NCBI GenBank assembly: GCA_050613775.1
Contig: JBODTK010000010.1
Coordinates: forward strand, 1,054,001-1,118,000
Reading direction: 5' to 3'
Source of the DNA: Neocallimastix sp. 'constans'
Lineage: Eukaryota
Length of the DNA: 64,000 bases
Position 1 is the first letter of the stretch; every line of letters begins with the position of its first letter. Of the stretch, positions 59,729 through 64,000 are shown one piece after another. The notes under the pieces were generated by a model, which ran no database searches, was not told where the DNA came from, and saw nothing but the letters and a program-made list of their open reading frames with translations. Made by a program: the position numbers and the translations under genes.

Positions 59729-60421
59729 CTTATAAATTTATTGCATGAAAAAATTTTAAAGTACATGATATAGATATTACAATATTAATTTTGATTTTGA
59801 TTTGAAAACTGATAATTTAATATTTAATTATAATTATATTAATATTTTATTTTATTTCTCTTGTTAAAAAAAATACTATTTCCTAATTTTGTATAAATAT
59901 TATAATACAATAAATTAATACATATAAAGATTTTTTTATATATATAAATAATATTAATTTTATATATTTATTAATAATCTTAAATATGGAAAAGAAACAA
60001 AAAAAAAAAAAAAAGATAAAGTAATAAATTTGAATACATAATACATAAATAGCAAAAAAGATTTTTGACTTTAATAATAATAATAAAGAAAATAAAAAAT
60101 AAAAATAAAAACAAAATTAAAATTAATTTTTAAAATTTTTAACTTTAATTAAAAAAATACTCAAATATTCAAATATGAAAAAAAAAATATATATATATAT
60201 ATTTTCAATTTAATATTAAAATTTGTATACATTTTTTAATAAATGAAGTTAATATATTTTTATTAATTAAAAAAAAATTGGTTTATCAATAATATAAAAA
60301 GAGAAGAATTGTGCAATAAAAAAAATAAACTAATTATTTATTTAAAAAAAAAGAAAAAGTTAATATATTTTTATTGAAATTAAAAAGAATTTTATTTTTA
60401 TTAAACTTTTATATCGTCGAC

Positions 60422-61521
60422 ATGAAATTATTATATTTATTATCTTTCGTTGGATTAGCTTTCGCTAATATTGAAATGTTTGATGAACCGCCAAAGGGTC
60501 ATTGTAATGCCATTTACCATTGTCCATTAAAGAGTAAATATTCAATAAATTAGATAAAATTTTTTTATATAGTTATATTTCATAAATATTTATTAATTTA
60601 TTATATAAAATATATATATATATATTTATTTATATAAATTCTATATATATTAGAGGAATACAGAGATGCTGGTATGGAATTATCTCAAGAAGAAAATAGT
60701 AAATTATATAGTAAATACAAGGAATGTTGTTCTTTCTATGGTATGGAATTACTTTTATTTATATTATATTTATTATATAAAAATTGATTTAATCTATATA
60801 ATTAACCTTTAATAAAATGAATTATTAATTTTCTTTTCCTTTTTTTTTTTTTTTTTTTTATATTTTTAATATTTATATTTTTTTTATAATAGGTCATTGT
60901 GGTACTACTGAAGAATATTGTCAAATTGGTTGTCAAAGTGGTGACTGTGATCAAAATTTCCTTGAAGTTACGAGACGTATGATTACTTGCTCTACCTATG
61001 AATTATTAGGTAAATGTGATGAATATTGTACTTGTCCAGAAGGTCAATGTTGTAGTAAGTATGGTTATTGTGGTACAGGTGAAAAATATTGTGGTACTGG
61101 ATCTAAGACTACCAAGTCTTCTACATCAAAGAAAACTGTAACCACAACTAAGAACACTAAAACTACGAAATCTTCTTCACCTACTCCATCTAATAAGGTT
61201 TCTGGTGAATGTGGTAGTGAATATGGTTCTTGCCCAAAGGGTCAATGTTGTAGTAAGTATGGTTGGTGCGGTACTACTAGTAAATACTGTAGTATTGAAC
61301 AAGGATGTCAGAAAAAATATGGTGAATGTAAAGAATCTACTCCAGTCACTACTACCACCAAGTCAACTCTTCCAACTATCAGATCTGATGGATTATGTGG
61401 TGAAGAATACGGTTCTTGTCCAAAGGGTCAATGTTGTAGTAAATACGGTTGGTGTGGTACTACTGATGCCTACTGTAGTAAGAAGAAAGGATGTCAATCA
61501 TTATATGGTAAATGTAATTAA
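60422..61521 (+). CDS. Secreted non-catalytic chitin-binding protein with four CBM18 (hevein) domains (3 exons, ~275 aa)
   Basis: Exons 60422-60533, 60654-60740 and 60893-61521 join in frame. Signal peptide MKLLYLLSFVGLAFA, four CCSxYGxCG motifs, S/T/K-rich linkers. Confidence 0.93.
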
Positions 61522-62033
61522 ATAGAAAGGAAAAAAAAAAAAAAAAAAGAAATAACTAAAAAAAAAAAAAAAAAAAAGGGAAATTTTTTTTTTTAATTTA
61601 AAAGTTGAATGAATAGATAAAAACAATTTTCAACTCCATCCTATGCATTTAATAATTATAAAAATAGTAAAATTAGAAAAAAGAAATGTATTTCTTTTTT
61701 TTTTTTTATAATTATTTTCTAAAGAAATCACAATTTATTAATTGAGGTTTCCAAATTAAAATATTATTTTAAAAATAAAAATATTTTTATTTATTTAATA
61801 ATAATTTATTAACAATAATAATAATCAAAAAAAAAAAAAAATTATAACATTAGTAATACACTAATATTTATTGCACATATATATTAATAATATTTAAAAA
61901 AAAATTATTTAGGATTATTAATAAAAAAATAAATAAAATAAAATCTATTATAATTTATATTTATTTATTTATTATTTACTTATGTATTTATTTAAATTAT
62001 TAATAAAAATAAATAATATAAAATTTAATATCC

Positions 62034-62065
<32 letters not shown>

Positions 62066-62193
62066 TTAGTATTATCATTAACTTTACATACAGTGTTAGT
62101 AAAGTTAATTATATGTAATGAATAAATCAATTAGTGAAAATTTTTTAATCTATAAATTGAAGTTAAAATTAAATATTTTAATTATAAAAAAAA

Positions 62194-62256
<63 letters not shown>

Positions 62257-62309
62257 TATAATAATAATAATAATATATATATATTTTAAAATGAAAATTA
62301 AAAAAAAAA

Positions 62310-62384
62310 AAAAATTGTTCCAATTTCTATTTTCAGTAGCTTTTCTTAAAGGGTTATTATCACGGGCATGCATGAATATTAAGT

Positions 62385-62427
<43 letters not shown>

Positions 62428-62624
62428 TTCACCAGATATTTTAACAAATTCTAAATGACCTTGTTTAATAGACTTACATTAAAGTTTTAAATTCGTTGTT
62501 ATTATTTGTATTAATTCTTGATCATTCTCTTATAAATGTTTTTGCTTAATTCAACTTTTTTTTTTTTTTTTTTTTTGAATTGGTGGTATCATACAATAAG
62601 CGTAGAGATGGGTTTGTTCAACTA

Positions 62625-62655
<31 letters not shown>

Positions 62656-62790
62656 GGTCTGATTAAGGGATCGTTTAAACTCTTATTCAGCTATCCAATG
62701 TTCATCAGTATGTAAAATTTTTCCAACGTATTGCATAATTAAGTACTTGCTCTTTTGTGGGATTTGTTTCCTCAATTTATTTTAATTTCA
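62310..62790 (-). pseudogene. Probable degenerate ankyrin-repeat gene fragment
   Basis: Minus-strand fragments KQGHLEFVK, NIH..ARDNNPLRKATENRNWN and QVLNYAIRWKNF, broken by poly(A) runs and stops. Confidence 0.45.
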
Positions 62791-62827
62791 GTTAATAGTA
62801 AAAAATAAATTTTTTTTCTCCAGTACA

Positions 62828-62830
<3 letters not shown>

Positions 62831-62875
<45 letters not shown>

Positions 62876-63109
62876 CTAGGAATAAACTTTATTTAATAAT
62901 ATTTTTTTTTTTTAAAAAAATACATGAAGTTTAAATACATGAAATTTTTTTTTTATATTAATATTAAAAAACTACGTTATGAGATTCGAGGACGAAAAGG
63001 CCTCTAACTCTTCCCATTCATCGAAGATAACTCCATGTGGATGAAAATTATCATTCGAATCTGTATCAGAATTTCTTCTTTGCCTTATCGTTACGACGTC
63101 GACGCTCTT

Positions 63110-63112
<3 letters not shown>
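62831..63112 (-). mobile_element. 3' end of a second LINE subfamily (ORF2 C-terminus, 3' UTR, poly(A))
   Basis: Encodes VKSVDVVTIRQRRNSD...SSSNLIT*, sharing KSVDVV-IR with the adjacent LINE. The 3' UTR ends ...GTCTA followed by poly(A), like the other copies. Confidence 0.8.
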
Positions 63113-63159
<47 letters not shown>

Positions 63160-64000
63160 CAGGGAAGAGAATACACTTCCAAAAACTTTATTAAATTTTA
63201 TTTTAAAAAATACATGTAGGTGAAAAGTACATTAGAAATTAAAAAATAAAAAATTAAAAAATAAAAAATAAAAAATAAAAAAGCTCGAAAATACTATGTA
63301 TTTCGGCAAGTTGTACTATGCGGGAATTTTACCCTTCCTATCAAATAAAAAAGAAATAAAATTTAGAAGTAACATCCTTAAAATAGATAGTGTGGTGTCC
63401 ACTAAACTCTCCCCGGATTCATCATTTATTGAGCTACTAGGGCGAGAATCACCCTTCGTAGTAATAGATGATAATCCTGTATTTTCATTATGCCTTATCA
63501 GTACGACGTCGACGCTCTTGGTTAAGTTTGATATTTTGCAATACCTATCAAATAATAGCTCAAACGAACTACTTATGATAGGTATTGCATTTGTTAAGAA
63601 TTCCGCCAAGCCCACAATTTTTGGAACAGGTGACTCAGATGAACCTTTGAAAAGTAGTTCATTTAAATGTCTCTGTTCCCCACTATCGAAATGTAGTTCA
63701 TTTAAAACTAAAGTCCCACCAAGAAGGAACAAGTATATATAATGATTGATATAATCTTCAAAATCAGAAATAGAGTCATAGGAAGAAAGAGGATTAAACG
63801 CTCTAATCTTCCTAAGGAATAAAACATAGAGATCATCGATGAAATTTAAAGAATTCCATCTAAAAGATGCAAGAGCATCGCATTTAAAAATCCAATGTTC
63901 AAAAGATTGATTACCTTCACCACAACAGGGGCAGGACTTTGGACAATCTTCTGAAACTCTACCCATTCTAATAGCAATAGTAGTATTGTATTTATAACCA
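63113..64000 (-). mobile_element. LINE 3' portion (same family as 14010-16157), ORF2 open to the window edge
   Basis: Near-identical to ~14010-14870. CPCCGEGNQSFEHWIFKC knuckle, uninterrupted 216-aa ORF, and a poly(A) tail of about 44 nt. Confidence 0.95.

Noticed and set aside
63296..63742. 148-aa antisense ORF in the LINE, with broken counterparts at 14089-14611
   Set aside because: It overlaps ORF2, and its conservation is explained by the sense frame.

Overview
Extremely AT-rich eukaryotic DNA with GT-AG spliced genes, long simple repeats and decayed retroelements. The intronless bacterial-type GH5, the multi-CBM18 protein and the base composition point to an anaerobic gut fungus (Neocallimastigomycota); this is an inference. 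Intact genes, assembled by hand: a 10-exon G-protein alpha subunit, a half-size ABCA transporter, a WD40/DCAF-like protein, an ankyrin-repeat protein, a GH5-family protein, casein kinase II beta, and a secreted protein with four CBM18 domains. Decayed elements: an unprocessed ABCA pseudogene, at least five APE-type LINE remnants (all minus strand, in two stacks), two Ty1/Copia remnants and a probable ankyrin pseudogene fragment. The most notable observations are: (1) the G-alpha lacks the catalytic Gln (DFGGSR) and also has P-loop and RGS-contact substitutions; (2) the GH5 lacks the acid/base Glu (NSP instead of NEP) and ends in two repeated peptides each preceded by a dibasic Kex2-type site; (3) a 56-bp inverted repeat carries a template-switch signature; (4) a minisatellite shares a 30-nt exact match with the Copia linker 25 kb away. 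All exon structures are manual predictions without transcript support.
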